Assembly: GCA_964291235.2 (NCBI GenBank)
Contig: OZ219815.1
Coordinates: forward strand, 704,001-768,000
DNA from: Vicinamibacteria bacterium
GTDB lineage: Bacteria > Acidobacteriota > Vicinamibacteria > Marinacidobacterales > Marinacidobacteraceae
Direction: 5' to 3'
Length of the DNA stretch: 64,000 nt
Shown here: positions 16,745-27,894 of the stretch, piece after piece
Layout: every line of letters starts with the position of its first letter
How positions within the stretch are numbered: position 1 is the stretch's first letter
Translations under genes and position numbers: made by a program
Notes under the pieces: generated by a model
What the model saw: only the letters and a program-made list of their open reading frames with translations
Told to the model about the DNA's origin: nothing
The model's database searches: none

Positions 16745-19576
16745 CTAGAAGACGTGGCCGATGGTGAAATGCCACTGGCCCCGCGCCTGGTCGCCGATGT
16801 CACCCAACCGGATTCCATAGTCGAACCGGAGCGGCCCCAAAGGCGTATTCCAGCGGAGCCCGGCGCCGACGTTGTTTCCGAGGTCCTCCAGCCGGAAGGA
16901 CCCCACCTCGCTGTAAACACCGCCGTGGTCGGAGAAGACGGCGCCCCGCAGGCTCCCGAAGATGGGAAACCGCACCTCGATGTTGCCCACGATGAGCATG
17001 TTGCCACCGACCGGGTAGCCGCTCGGATCGAGTGGGCCCGCGCGGTCCAGCTTGTACCCGCGCAGCGTGGTCGCGCCCCCCGCGAAGAACCTCTCCGTGA
17101 TCGGGACGAGAGCCGGCTGATCCGCGCCCAGGGTCCACGCCAGGCCGAGCCGGCCCGCGACCGCGACCACGATCTGGTCTCCCACTGGAAAGAACAGGTA
17201 CTGCTGCCCCAGACCCTTCAGGAAGGGCGCCCGGGACCGGAGAACTGCAGACGACCACTCCACATCCATGATGCCAAAGCGTCCCCGGCGGGGATCGACG
17301 GGGTCGTCCCGGGTGTCCGTGACGACGGAAGCCGAAACCGTTGACAGCCAGAGATTGTCCGCGAAGTTGCGATCGATCTGATTCGGGTTGATCTTCAGGT
17401 CGAACAGTTCGCTGGTGGTCAGGTCATAACGCAGGAACACGTTTCGTCCCAGGATCCGGCGGGTCACCTGGACGCCGATACCCGAACGAATGAAGTCCAG
17501 GCTCTCCCGGTCCTGCGACTCGCGGAAGGCGCTCACGAAGATGGGCACGTCCCCCTCGACGCTCTCCGCCCCCCGGTAGGTCGCCACCATCCGGGTTCCC
17601 TTGAGCGAGAAACGGCCGAACACGCTCAGGGTCTGCCCCATCCCGAAGAGGTTGTTCCGGGTCCATTCACCCTCTCCCCGGACCTGCTCGCGCTCGCTGT
17701 ATCCCGCCCCGTAGCCGATGCTGGTGCGGGGACCCTCCGCCACCCGGATCAGCACGTTGCGCTCGCTGATCGGTTCCTCGGGCTCAAGGAGATTCACGTC
17801 CACACTGCGAAAAATCCCCATGGACACCAGGCGCCGGCGTATCTCGAGCAGATCGCCGCTCCCGAGGGGATCGCCCTCCTCGAAGGGAAGCCGGGACCGG
17901 ATGACGGAGTCCCGCGTGGTGTCGAGGCCTGCGACGATGATCCCCCCCACCGTGAAGTAGTTGCCCGGACGGATCCGGAAGATGACCTCCGCGTCGTGAC
18001 GGACCGGATCGACCGGAGCCTCGACGTCCACGACCGCTTCCAGGTATCCCCGGTTCCGGTGAAACGTCTCGATGTCTTCCCGGGCGCCGACGATGTCCTC
18101 GGCGACGTAGGGCGCTCCCGCCGCGATGGCGGCCACCTCGGACAGTTCCTCCTCGGTGAACGCCGCGCTCCCCTCGAAACGCACCCCCCGGACGGAGGCC
18201 GCCGGGCCCGCATCGACCCGGACGGTGAGGTCGAGCGCGAGCGCCTCCTCGGACGGCACGGGCGCACCCGGCTCCAGTGGCTCCACCTCTGCCTGGAAGT
18301 AGCCCCTTCGCCTCAGAGTACGGCGCACGCTGTCCGTCAGCGCCCTCCACTCCGCTACCCGGAAGGGCCGGCCGGGGCGGAGCGGCAGCAGAGCTTCGGC
18401 GACGGTGTCGACCTCGTTCGGGGGGACCCCCTCCGACGAGACGGACCCGACGACGTAGCGGGGACCCGGATCCGCGGCGAACCGGTAGGTCCGTTGCCGT
18501 CCGTCCGGACTCTCCACGCTCTCCACCGCCACGACCGCATCCCGGCGGCCCTCCCGCCGGAGTTCGGCAAGGAGTTCCTGTCGGGCGCCTTCGATGGCGT
18601 CGGGCGTCAGGGTCAGGTCGGAGAGGGATTCCACGACGTCTTCGGCCGCCCCGCTCGCGGCGCCGAACCCTTCCACCTCCAGGGTCACTTCCGGGCCGGG
18701 ATTCACCGACAGCACCGCGTGAACCCCTCCCGAGTCGAGAGGACGCCAATCGAGACTCGCCCTAGCGAACAAAAAGCCGCGATCCCGAAGCCGTTCCTCC
18801 ACCGCCGGCAGCCGGGCGAGGACCTCGGGCTCCACCCAGGGGTCGCCCGCGGAAATCCGGAGCGCCGGGATGAGATCCCTGGCGAGTTCCTCATCTACTC
18901 CCAGGACCTCCACCGTCTCGAACCGGGCCCGATCTCCCGCTGCCACCTCGAGGTCCAACCGCACGTCCCGGCCTTCCGGAACGGTTCTGATGTCCATTTC
19001 CGCCGCCAGGTAGCCCTGCGAGCGCAACCATTCCTCCGCCGCTTCAGCGCGCGCCAAAAGGTCGTCGGGCACGGCTTCGCCCACCTCCAGGCCGAGCCTG
19101 GCGATCAGTTCCAGGTCCTCGCCGGCGGGGGCATCGACAATGTTGATCTGGGAGATTCCGGGAACGGGGTCGAGTTCGAAGACGAGTCGGACCCCTCCGC
19201 CCGGCGCCATCTCGGAGAGCACCCGGACATCGCGAAAACGGCCGAGCGCGAAAACCTGCTTCACCGATTGCCGCACGACCAGCGGCCGCAGCCGCATTCC
19301 GGCGCGCACCGAGATCAATCGGGACACCTCCTCCGGTATGGGTTCGACGCTGTCGTCCGCCCAGCGCACCACCACCGAGTCCACGCGCTGTGACAGGGGG
19401 TCCGCGTCCCCGCCGGGTTCGGTCTGGGCAACGGCAAGGCGCCCGGCCGGCATTCCCGACAAGGCGCCGGCCAGGAGGAACGTTCCGGCGCGCCAGACGA
19501 GCCGGGAACGAGACCCCGACCGGAGCCGGCCAGCTCCGATGCTCGCGGCAGGCGCCTCGGCACGCACGTCAACCAT
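16745..19576 (-). CDS. BamA/TamA-family Omp85 outer-membrane protein (POTRA repeats plus barrel)
   Basis: POTRA-like repeats (RSQGYL, RRRGYF, RNRGYL), NLFGMGQ, RFFAGGATTLRGY, TPLGPLRFDYG, C-terminal FTIGHVF. Confidence 0.92.
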   Translation of the reverse strand: MVDVRAEAPAASIGAGRLRSGSRSRLVWRAGTFLLAGALSGMPAGRLAVAQTEPGGDADPLSQRVDSVVVRWADDSVEPIPEEVSRLISVRAGMRLRPLVVRQSVKQVFALGRFRDVRVLSEMAPGGGVRLVFELDPVPGISQINIVDAPAGEDLELIARLGLEVGEAVPDDLLARAEAAEEWLRSQGYLAAEMDIRTVPEGRDVRLDLEVAAGDRARFETVEVLGVDEELARDLIPALRISAGDPWVEPEVLARLPAVEERLRDRGFLFARASLDWRPLDSGGVHAVLSVNPGPEVTLEVEGFGAASGAAEDVVESLSDLTLTPDAIEGARQELLAELRREGRRDAVVAVESVESPDGRQRTYRFAADPGPRYVVGSVSSEGVPPNEVDTVAEALLPLRPGRPFRVAEWRALTDSVRRTLRRRGYFQAEVEPLEPGAPVPSEEALALDLTVRVDAGPAASVRGVRFEGSAAFTEEELSEVAAIAAGAPYVAEDIVGAREDIETFHRNRGYLEAVVDVEAPVDPVRHDAEVIFRIRPGNYFTVGGIIVAGLDTTRDSVIRSRLPFEEGDPLGSGDLLEIRRRLVSMGIFRSVDVNLLEPEEPISERNVLIRVAEGPRTSIGYGAGYSEREQVRGEGEWTRNNLFGMGQTLSVFGRFSLKGTRMVATYRGAESVEGDVPIFVSAFRESQDRESLDFIRSGIGVQVTRRILGRNVFLRYDLTTSELFDLKINPNQIDRNFADNLWLSTVSASVVTDTRDDPVDPRRGRFGIMDVEWSSAVLRSRAPFLKGLGQQYLFFPVGDQIVVAVAGRLGLAWTLGADQPALVPITERFFAGGATTLRGYKLDRAGPLDPSGYPVGGNMLIVGNIEVRFPIFGSLRGAVFSDHGGVYSEVGSFRLEDLGNNVGAGLRWNTPLGPLRFDYGIRLGDIGDQARGQWHFTIGHVF

Positions 19577-19584
19577 CCGGGAGG

Positions 19585-22500
19585 TCAGAAGCTCCGGTGG
19601 AAGCGGACATCAACGCCGAGCGAGCCGTCCTGGTCCCGCGAGAAGATCCAGGAGACGGGACCGCTCGGGGTGTACTCGACCACGATGATGGACTCCTCGG
19701 CCGACGAGAGGCTCGAGGAATAGCGAACGTTGAGGTCTCGGGTGACCTGCTTGCCGAGCGTGACGCGGGCCGTCGGGTTGCTGAAACGTCCGATCATGAA
19801 GGGATCGATGCTCACCCGGTCGATGCCGAAGACCCTCCCGGCGCGCCGGCCGATCATGTTGCTGAGTTGCTGACTCAGGAGACTCGCCGCCGAGGCGGCC
19901 GCGAGTTCATCGTCGCTCGCCGCCGTGAGGAGATCCTGTTCGGGAGCTCCGGAGAGGAGCCGGAGGATGTCCGCTTCGCGCAGCGGGGGTTCGGAACTCA
20001 GGTTCGCATCGATCTGCTCCGCCGTTCCGGACGCGGCGAGCCGCACCCGATAGCTCCGCACGCTGGTTTCCGCTTCGATGTCGAAGACGGGCTCGATCCC
20101 CTCCGGATCAATGAAATCCGCACGTCCTTCGACGATCTGGAAACGGTGGGCGCCGAAGTAAACCTCGCCACCAACGAGATCCGCACGCCCAAGGACCGCG
20201 GGGGACCCTGCCGTTCCCCGGAGGCCGAAATCGGCAGCCGCGTCGAGTTGAAAAATGGAATTACGAACTGCGAAAGGAGAGTCGGTTCCGACCTGGATGT
20301 CCATTCGAAGTTCGTCCAGATACCCGCTTGTTTCCGTCTCCTCGACCCGTGAGACGCTGTTCAGGTCAGCGAGAATGCTGGCAAACAACTCGTATTCCCG
20401 GCTCCAGACGGCCTCGTCAAGCCGTACCTCTCCGGTGAGCAGACGGCCGCTCTGGTCCCCCAGAAGCCGCAGGTCGGCATCCACGGTCGCGCTCAGGTCA
20501 CTGGGGTAGCGCAAGCTGGAATCGGACAACTGAACCCGGAGGTCGGTCGCGGCGAATTCCGCGTCCTCGATCGAGATCGTTCCGGAAACGATGGCGTCCC
20601 CGCCACCCATGCGGCCGATGACCTCCGCGATCCGGAGCGTCCGGCGATCGAAATCGACAACGCCCTCCACGTCGCTGAGAGCGTGCGGAAACCCTTCGAC
20701 CCGGAAGGAACCGTTCCGGATCGTCCCGGTACCGAGCACTTCCGGCTCCGTCCAGGGCCCCACCACCGCGGCCTCGAGGTTGAACTGCCCGTCCGCGAGG
20801 AGCCAGGGCACGAAGGGCGCCGCAATTCTCAGCGATGTCTGCCCGAGAAGCGCGAAGTCGAGAAGCTCATCGTCGAGGCCGATCGACCCGGCCAGGCCGA
20901 GCTGGCTGTCCGCGTGGAGCAGCCGGAGCTCTTCCACGTGAACGCGGGCGTCTTCAAGGCGAATGCGGGTCGGTCCCCCGGATTCGGCGATGAAATCGGG
21001 CGCCGAAATCTTCAGCGTTTCGAGGGTGGCGGAGCCGGTCATCCATTCGTCGAGGGGATCCTCGATGTGGAAGTCACCGGACCCGCCAACGACGATCGAA
21101 ATCCCCCGTTCGCCGGGCGAATCGAAGAGGATGGGAGCAACGTCGATTCCACGCATCGTGACGGTTCCGGCGCCGTCGGTTCCGAGCGGGACCCGTCCCT
21201 CCATCCTGAAGGATGCGTCTCCCGAATCGAGCGCGCCGCTCCCCTCGAAGTCTTCTCCGTGGACGAACCCCGTGATGTTGCCGGGGCCGAGCGCCAATCC
21301 GAGCACCGCGGCATCCGGGACGCGCGCCTCGAGACGCAGTTCGGGAATCAGAAGATCGCCGCCGACGTCGAGACGAAAATCGGAGCGTATGGAAATCCAT
21401 TCGGGCGCCAGCCCAGGGGTCAGCGGGTAGTCGTGGCCGGTGACGAGGCCTTCCATTTCCCAGTCCACCAGCCCGATGTCCAGGACCCCTTCCGCGGTGC
21501 CCTCCCGAAACACACCGCTCATGGGAGCCAGGCGGGCCTTGTCACCGTCCAGGTCCCAGTGGATGGCAACCTCGTCGAACGGTTGCTCCAGCACGTGGCC
21601 CCCGGAACCGACGACCGATCCCCCGCCCGTATAGCGTTCGTTCTGCCGCACGGTGTGGCTCCGGCCGGTTACCAGGCCGTCGGCTTCCAGGTCCCACTCC
21701 AGGAAATCGATGATCTCCCGGGCGTCCCAGGCCTCCCAGTCGGCCTCGAACTCCATGTCCGGGTACTCGACGGCAGCGCGGTCGAAGACCCCCGAGGCGG
21801 AGATGCGCCCCTCCCCGTAGCGGGCGCTCAGACTGTCGAGGAAGATGCTGTCCCGGTCAATCCGGCCCGTCGCAATGAGCGTCTCCGTCTGGATGGTGGA
21901 GAAGCGCATCAGCTGACCTTCGACCTCCCCTTCAAGCACCAGGTCGGGCCACCGGCCGCGCACGAGGCCCTCGAAACCTCCGGCCCCGGCGACGTCCCAA
22001 AAGGTCGTCTCGGGATCCTCGCCGAAGAACACGCGCCGCAGCTCCTGTTGGACGGCATCCGCCTCCGCTGATTCTCCGGCGAGGGCGGACGCCGCGATGC
22101 TGGCATTGCCGGACCGGGGGTAATGCCCCTCCACACCGCCGCGAAACGCCTCTCCCTCAATCACGACGCGGCGGATTTCGGTTGCCGTGTCGTCCATGCG
22201 CAGATCCGCTTCGAAACCCAGCGGAAGCTCTCCCGGCCCGACCTCGTCGGGTCTTTGTCCGGTCGCCCGGATGGTCCCGGTCATCAGCCCGGGGTCGGCG
22301 AAGGGCATCCGCAGATCGGCATCCAGGGTGACCTGGGAACGCAGCGAGGTCGTCCTCCCGAACATGCCTTCAACGGCAGGACCGAACCATCCCTCCTCGA
22401 CGCTCAACAGGATCTCCGCCGGGTTTTCCTCCCGAGGCTGTACTTGAAGCAACTGGAGCGTGGCCGGGCCTTCCGACAAAAGGCCCTCCGAGGAGAGGAT

Positions 22501-23499
22501 TTCGACACGCTCGGGGTCCCAGTGCACAAGTCCCGTCCAATCGCGGAGCGGCACCCCGTAGAAACGGCTCTCCGGCAGTACGAAGGTGCCGTCGATGCCG
22601 AGGCCGTTTTCCTGAAACCCCGCCGTCCCATCGAACTGGAGCCAGGGGGCGCTCTCTGTATCAATTCCCTCGAACTCGAACAGGAAACGGCCCAGGCGGC
22701 CCGCGTCCCCGCTGCCCACCATCCGCAGCCGGCCAGCGAGATCGTTGGACATATCCATGGTGCCATCGAAGCGCACCTCGAGCATGTCGGAACGAAGTTC
22801 GAGGAAGTCGAAATGGAGGTCGTCCTCGCGGATCCGGATTTCCGCGGACAGGGCCATCGGAAGGTCCGGCCGCTCCCAGAGACGGATGACTCCCCAGCCG
22901 GACCGGATTTCGCCGTCCACGCCTCCGTCCTCGCCGGTTCGCAGGCTGATCGCCACGTCGTCCGCACGCACTTCCCAGGGGGTCGGCCGATTCCGGTACC
23001 CGATGGTGGTGCCCGACACCGACATCCGGTTCGACGAAAAGGAAAGCCGGGTGGCCACGGCCTGAATGGCGGGCCCGAGCGGGGCCGATTCAGGCCGCGG
23101 CTTTCCCCCGTCATCGAGGCCCCAAAGACCCACCCCCTCGACGGTGAGGCTCTCCAGATGGAGGCGCGCGGGGAAAAAAGAGCGCCAACTCAGCCGGCCC
23201 CGGATCCGGTCGATCGAAAACGCCGGCGGCGCCGGCCCGATCTCCATCGGCTCCCTCCCGATCTGAAGACCCCGCAGGACAAACTCGCCTTCGGCGACGG
23301 AGATCTCGAAACCGCTGGCCGCCACCGGGCGGCCGAGCGCGGCGCTCAAACGACTGGTGACCTGAGCCAGGACGCGGTCGGAATCCAAATTCGAGACGAC
23401 CCACAGAGCCAGCGCGCCAGCCACCACAAGGGCGGCAAGAGAACCCGCCAACAAGAGCCAGAAGCGGCCAAAACGGCGAGTCGAAGTTGAAGAGGTCAC
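19585..23499 (-). CDS. TamB/AsmA-like translocation and assembly module protein
   Basis: N-terminal TM anchor, long beta-taco-like region, C-terminal DUF490-like LSSEPPLREADILRLL...TLGKQVT; adjacent to the Omp85 gene. Confidence 0.88.
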   Translation of the reverse strand: MTSSTSTRRFGRFWLLLAGSLAALVVAGALALWVVSNLDSDRVLAQVTSRLSAALGRPVAASGFEISVAEGEFVLRGLQIGREPMEIGPAPPAFSIDRIRGRLSWRSFFPARLHLESLTVEGVGLWGLDDGGKPRPESAPLGPAIQAVATRLSFSSNRMSVSGTTIGYRNRPTPWEVRADDVAISLRTGEDGGVDGEIRSGWGVIRLWERPDLPMALSAEIRIREDDLHFDFLELRSDMLEVRFDGTMDMSNDLAGRLRMVGSGDAGRLGRFLFEFEGIDTESAPWLQFDGTAGFQENGLGIDGTFVLPESRFYGVPLRDWTGLVHWDPERVEILSSEGLLSEGPATLQLLQVQPREENPAEILLSVEEGWFGPAVEGMFGRTTSLRSQVTLDADLRMPFADPGLMTGTIRATGQRPDEVGPGELPLGFEADLRMDDTATEIRRVVIEGEAFRGGVEGHYPRSGNASIAASALAGESAEADAVQQELRRVFFGEDPETTFWDVAGAGGFEGLVRGRWPDLVLEGEVEGQLMRFSTIQTETLIATGRIDRDSIFLDSLSARYGEGRISASGVFDRAAVEYPDMEFEADWEAWDAREIIDFLEWDLEADGLVTGRSHTVRQNERYTGGGSVVGSGGHVLEQPFDEVAIHWDLDGDKARLAPMSGVFREGTAEGVLDIGLVDWEMEGLVTGHDYPLTPGLAPEWISIRSDFRLDVGGDLLIPELRLEARVPDAAVLGLALGPGNITGFVHGEDFEGSGALDSGDASFRMEGRVPLGTDGAGTVTMRGIDVAPILFDSPGERGISIVVGGSGDFHIEDPLDEWMTGSATLETLKISAPDFIAESGGPTRIRLEDARVHVEELRLLHADSQLGLAGSIGLDDELLDFALLGQTSLRIAAPFVPWLLADGQFNLEAAVVGPWTEPEVLGTGTIRNGSFRVEGFPHALSDVEGVVDFDRRTLRIAEVIGRMGGGDAIVSGTISIEDAEFAATDLRVQLSDSSLRYPSDLSATVDADLRLLGDQSGRLLTGEVRLDEAVWSREYELFASILADLNSVSRVEETETSGYLDELRMDIQVGTDSPFAVRNSIFQLDAAADFGLRGTAGSPAVLGRADLVGGEVYFGAHRFQIVEGRADFIDPEGIEPVFDIEAETSVRSYRVRLAASGTAEQIDANLSSEPPLREADILRLLSGAPEQDLLTAASDDELAAASAASLLSQQLSNMIGRRAGRVFGIDRVSIDPFMIGRFSNPTARVTLGKQVTRDLNVRYSSSLSSAEESIIVVEYTPSGPVSWIFSRDQDGSLGVDVRFHRSF

Positions 23500-24023
23500 G
23501 CGGATCCAGCGGGCTCCACGACGAACAGGAGCTCGCCGCCCTCCGTCAGTGTTCCCGCGGCAACCTTCATGTTAGCGACGACGCCGTCCTCCGGAGCCCG
23601 GATCTCGTTTTGCATCTTCATCGCCTCAAGCACCAGAACGCCGTCGCCGGCGGCGACCCGGTCTCCTTCTTCCCGCAGGAGACGTACCACTTTGCCCGGC
23701 ATCGGGGTTCGCACTTCGCACCGGCTGCCGCCGGGGCCGCGACTTCGCGATTGCCCCGGTCTCGACGCGCCCGCGGCCTCCCTGCCGGTCCGGAAGCGAA
23801 AGGTGTGGCCCGCAATCTGAACCACCAACTCGCCGGATCGTCCGCCGGCAACGCCGGCCTCTGCCGTCCGACGCCCGTGGACGATGGTCCATCCACCGGG
23901 GGCCGGGTGCGCCGTCAACTCCCCCTCGACGCCTTCGATCGTGAGCCGAAGCGCGCCCTCGCTCCCCTCCCGGCGCACCCGGACCGAACGGTCCTGGCCG
24001 TCGAGCGAGAGGACCCGGCGCAT
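23496..24023 (-). CDS. Biotin carboxyl carrier subunit of an acyl-CoA carboxylase
   Basis: PMPGKV...LEAMKMQNEI biotinylation motif. Confidence 0.93.
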   Translation of the reverse strand: MRRVLSLDGQDRSVRVRREGSEGALRLTIEGVEGELTAHPAPGGWTIVHGRRTAEAGVAGGRSGELVVQIAGHTFRFRTGREAAGASRPGQSRSRGPGGSRCEVRTPMPGKVVRLLREEGDRVAAGDGVLVLEAMKMQNEIRAPEDGVVANMKVAAGTLTEGGELLFVVEPAGSA

Positions 24024-25540
24024 CAGCTCCGGCCCCGGTGCGCGTCGGAAAGCGCCGTCAGTTTCCAGCGGGACGGCGCCGCGAGGGAATTGCCCGGGGC
24101 CGACGGTTGTTCGCTCCGCCAGAGCTCGGCCGCGGCGGCGGCCAGCGCCACGGACGCCAGATCCTTCCGGGCCGCCGCGTCACCCGCCTCGCCGTCCCGG
24201 CAAAGAGCGGGCCAGTGAGCGGCCACGAAGGAGGTGTCGAAACTCCCGGTGCGGAAAGGCTCGCTGGCCAGGACCCGCTCGAAGAAAGGGAGGGTCGAGG
24301 CGATTCCGGTGAGCCTCGTTTCGCGTACCGCCCGGAGCGCCCGCCGCCGCGCCGACTCCCGATCGTTTCCCCAAACGATGATCTTGGCGAGCAGCGGATC
24401 GTAGTGGGGAGACACCACGGTTCCCGAGACGATCCCGGCGTCGCAGCGGATCCCGGGACCCGCCGGAGGCCGGAACTCGCGGATGCGGCCCGCGGCCGGC
24501 ACGAAACCGGAGAAAGGGTCCTCCGCGGTGATCCGGAGCTCGATGGCCGCTCCACCGAGAGACACCTCCCCCTGCGTGAAGCCGAGCGGTTCTCCGGCGG
24601 CTACCCGGAACTGCAGCGCGACAAGGTCCATCCCCGACAGGAGTTCGGTCACGGGATGCTCAACCTGGAGCCGGGTATTCATCTCGAGAAAATAGAAGCG
24701 CCCCTCCGGATCGAGAAGGAACTCGACGGTGCCGGCATTCCGATAGCCGCCGAGTCGTGCCAGACGCACGGCTGCCTCGCCCATCTCCGACCGTAGTCGC
24801 GCAGAGATCGCCGGCGAGGGGCTTTCCTCGATCAACTTCTGGTTCCGGCGCTGAATCGAACAATCGCGCTCCCCCAGGTGAACGACAGAGCCGAAGTGGT
24901 CGCCGACGACCTGAATCTCGACGTGCCGCGGGTTTTCCACAAAGCGCTCAAGAAAGACCCGCCGGTCTCCGAAGGCTGCTTCCGCTTCGGATCGCGCCTC
25001 GCGGAAGGCGTCGGAGAAGCTCGAGGGATCCCGCACCAACCGCATCCCCATGCCGCCGCCGCCCGCGGCGGCCTTGATGAGGAGCGGGAAACCGATTCCG
25101 GCCGCTGCCCGCCCGGAATCCTCTTCCGAAACGACGTCGGACCCCGCCGCCACCGGAACCCCGGCTCGCATCGCGGTCGCGCGCGCCGCGGCCTTGTCTC
25201 CCATCTGGCGCATGGCGCCCGGAGGCGGCCCGACAAAGACGATGCCCCCCTCGGCGCAGCGGGCCGCGAACTCCGGGTTCTCGGCCAGGAATCCATACCC
25301 CGGATGGAGAGCTTCGGCGCCCATGGATCCCGCGGCCTCGATGATTCGTTCGCCGTTCAGGTAGCTGTCCCGCGAAGCCGCTCCTCCCACTTCGAAGGAC
25401 TCGTCGGCCAGACGCACGTGCAGGCTTTCCCGGTCGGCCTCGGAGTGGATGGTTACCGGCGAAATTCCCAGGTCACGGCACGCCCGAATGATCCGGACCG
25501 CAATCTCGCCCCGGTTCGCGATGAGGACGCGGCGGAACAT
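24023..25540 (-). CDS. accC: Biotin carboxylase subunit (AccC/PccA-like)
   Basis: MFRRVLIANRGEIA, HPGYGFLAEN, KAAAGGGGMG, FLEMNTRLQVEHPVTE; true start at 25540. Confidence 0.92.
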   Translation of the reverse strand: MFRRVLIANRGEIAVRIIRACRDLGISPVTIHSEADRESLHVRLADESFEVGGAASRDSYLNGERIIEAAGSMGAEALHPGYGFLAENPEFAARCAEGGIVFVGPPPGAMRQMGDKAAARATAMRAGVPVAAGSDVVSEEDSGRAAAGIGFPLLIKAAAGGGGMGMRLVRDPSSFSDAFREARSEAEAAFGDRRVFLERFVENPRHVEIQVVGDHFGSVVHLGERDCSIQRRNQKLIEESPSPAISARLRSEMGEAAVRLARLGGYRNAGTVEFLLDPEGRFYFLEMNTRLQVEHPVTELLSGMDLVALQFRVAAGEPLGFTQGEVSLGGAAIELRITAEDPFSGFVPAAGRIREFRPPAGPGIRCDAGIVSGTVVSPHYDPLLAKIIVWGNDRESARRRALRAVRETRLTGIASTLPFFERVLASEPFRTGSFDTSFVAAHWPALCRDGEAGDAAARKDLASVALAAAAAELWRSEQPSAPGNSLAAPSRWKLTALSDAHRGRS

Positions 25541-25578
25541 CAGGTGGTCGGCCGCCCGGGCATGAGTTCCGCTACCCC

Positions 25579-27144
25579 TCAGAGCGGAATGTTGCCGTGC
25601 TTTTTTGGAGGGTTCCGGTCCCGCTTGGTGGAGAGGGAAGAGAGGGCGGACACGAGCTTTCGGCGTGTGTGGCGCGGGAGGATCACCTCGTCGACATAAC
25701 CTCGCTGCGCCGCCACGTAGGGGCTCGCAAACCGCTCCCGATAGGCTGCCACCCGCTCGGCGCGCTCCTGTTCGGCGTCCTCGGCCCGTTCGAGTTCTCG
25801 CCGATAGAGGATGTTCACCGCGCCTTCCGGTCCCATCACCGCGATTTCCGCGCCCGGCCACGCGTAGTTGAGATCGGTGCGGATGTGCTTGCTCGCCATG
25901 ACCACGTAGGCGCCCCCGTACGCCTTGCGGGTGATTACGGTGACCTTGGGAACGGTGGCTTCGGCGAAGGCATAGAGCAATTTCGCCCCGTGCCGGATGA
26001 TGCCTCCCCATTCCTGCTGGGTTCCGGGAAGAAAGCCCGGGACGTCTTCGAAGACGACGAGCGGAATGTTGAAGGCGTCGCAGAAGCGGACGAACCGGGC
26101 GCCCTTCACCGAAGCATGGATGTCCAGGACACCGGCCAGCACCGCGGGCTGGTTCGCCACGATGCCCACCGGCGATCCCCCGAGCCGGGCGAAACCGACC
26201 ACCAGATTCCCGGCGTGGAGCGCCTGGACTTCAAGGAACGCACCATCGTCCACCAGCTCGCCGATGAGGTCCTTGATGTCGTACGGCTGGTCCGGTTGGT
26301 CGGGCACCAGGCTGTCGAGTGAAGGAATCTCGCGGTCGGGCGGATCGGACGAGGGACGCCGCGGGGGTTCCTCCAGGTTGTTCGACGGCAGGAAGGAGAG
26401 CAACGTCCGGATCAGTTGGAGGCAGTCCTCATCGCTTTCCCCAAGGAAGTGCGCATTCCCCGACACCGTGTTGTGGGTTTCCGCGCCGCCCAGCTTCTCC
26501 ATCGTCACTTCTTCGTGGGTCACCGCCCGGATCACGTCGGGCCCGGTCACGAACATGTAGCTGGTTCCGCGCGACATGATCGTGAAATCGGTAATTGCCG
26601 GCGAGTACACGGCGCCGCCGGCACAGGGGCCCAAAATGGCCGAAATCTGGGGGACTACCCCGGACGCCAGGGTGTTTCGCAGGAAGATGTCGGCGTATCC
26701 GGCCAGCGAAACCACGCCTTCCTGAATGCGCGCCCCGCCGGAGTCGTTCAACCCGATGATGGGCGCCCCCTGCCGGACCGCCAGGTCCATCACCCGGCAG
26801 ATCTTCTCGGCGCAGGCCTCGCTGAGGGAACCGCCGAGCACGGTGAAGTCCTGGGCGAAAAGGTAGGCGAGGCGCCCGTCGATCCGCGCATACCCGGTCA
26901 CCACCCCGTCGCCGGGATGCCGCTGCTGGTCGAGGCCGAAATCGCTCGCGCGGTGTTCGACGAGTTTCCCCGTCTCTTCGAAGGAGCCGGCATCAGCGAG
27001 GGCGGCGATCCGCTCCCGAGCCGTCAGTCGGCCCGACCGCCGCTGGCGCTCCACTCTGGCGGCGCCTCCGCCTTCCTCCGCACGGCGGTTCCGCGCTTCG
27101 AGTTCGGCAAAGGCTGCGCGCCGCTCTCGCGAGTTGGCTGGCAC
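25579..27144 (-). CDS. pccB: Acyl-CoA (propionyl-CoA/methylmalonyl-CoA type) carboxyltransferase beta subunit
   Basis: [56 protein letters not shown]. Confidence 0.9.
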   Translation of the reverse strand: MPANSRERRAAFAELEARNRRAEEGGGAARVERQRRSGRLTARERIAALADAGSFEETGKLVEHRASDFGLDQQRHPGDGVVTGYARIDGRLAYLFAQDFTVLGGSLSEACAEKICRVMDLAVRQGAPIIGLNDSGGARIQEGVVSLAGYADIFLRNTLASGVVPQISAILGPCAGGAVYSPAITDFTIMSRGTSYMFVTGPDVIRAVTHEEVTMEKLGGAETHNTVSGNAHFLGESDEDCLQLIRTLLSFLPSNNLEEPPRRPSSDPPDREIPSLDSLVPDQPDQPYDIKDLIGELVDDGAFLEVQALHAGNLVVGFARLGGSPVGIVANQPAVLAGVLDIHASVKGARFVRFCDAFNIPLVVFEDVPGFLPGTQQEWGGIIRHGAKLLYAFAEATVPKVTVITRKAYGGAYVVMASKHIRTDLNYAWPGAEIAVMGPEGAVNILYRRELERAEDAEQERAERVAAYRERFASPYVAAQRGYVDEVILPRHTRRKLVSALSSLSTKRDRNPPKKHGNIPL

Positions 27145-27173
27145 CTCAGCCGTCGAGCCTCCGGCGCGCCGGG

Positions 27174-27821
27174 TCAGGTGACCCTGGCCTCAGCCCAGTC
27201 CTTCAGGAAGCGCTCGAGACCGATGTCCGTCAGCGGATGCTTGATGAGCAGATCCAGCACCTTGGCGGGCATGGTGGCGATGTCGGCGCCCAGCCGCGCC
27301 GATTCCACGACGTGCAGGGGATTGCGGATGCTCGCCACCAGAATCTGCGTGGAGTAGCCGTAGTTGTCGAAGACTTCCCGGATGTCCGCGATCAACTGCA
27401 TTCCGGGAGCCGCGATGTCATCCAACCTTCCGACGAAGGGACTGACGATGTAGGCGCCGGCCTTGGCGGCGAAAAGCGCCTGCGGCACGCTGAAGCAGAG
27501 GGTGACGTTGACGCGGATCTCCTCCTCCTTCAGCTCGCGGACCGCACGCAGGCCGTCGGGGGTCAGCGGACACTTGATGATGATGTTCGGGGCGATCGTC
27601 GCCAGCTCCCGGCCCTCGGCCACCATCCCGGCGGCATCGGTCGAGAGGACCTCCGCCGAAACGTCCCCCGGAACCAGCGCGGCGATCCGCGCCAGGATCT
27701 CGCGCGGATCTCCGGTTTCCTTCGCCATGAGCGACGGGTTCGTGGTGACGCCATCCACGAGACCCATCCCGGCGGCGCGCGAGATTTCGTCGAGGTTGGC
27801 AGTATCGAGAAATATCTGCAT
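27174..27821 (-). CDS. tal: Transaldolase (short TalC/FSA family)
   Basis: [18 protein letters not shown] (Glu) and SPFVGRLDD (Phe) favour transaldolase over FSA. Confidence 0.9.
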   Translation of the reverse strand: MQIFLDTANLDEISRAAGMGLVDGVTTNPSLMAKETGDPREILARIAALVPGDVSAEVLSTDAAGMVAEGRELATIAPNIIIKCPLTPDGLRAVRELKEEEIRVNVTLCFSVPQALFAAKAGAYIVSPFVGRLDDIAAPGMQLIADIREVFDNYGYSTQILVASIRNPLHVVESARLGADIATMPAKVLDLLIKHPLTDIGLERFLKDWAEARVT

Positions 27822-27894
27822 TCGTATCTGACAGGCCGGTATCCGGCCCGGAATCTGACCCCCAGTCCCGGTGCGATTCTACCGGTTCCGTCCC

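Noticed and set aside
25541-26011. N-terminal extension of biotin carboxylase (662-aa ORF) and similar extended starts at 680, 11604, 29970, 34735 and 57924
   Set aside because: The extensions overlap neighbouring genes or precede the family-typical N-terminus; they are longest-ORF artefacts.
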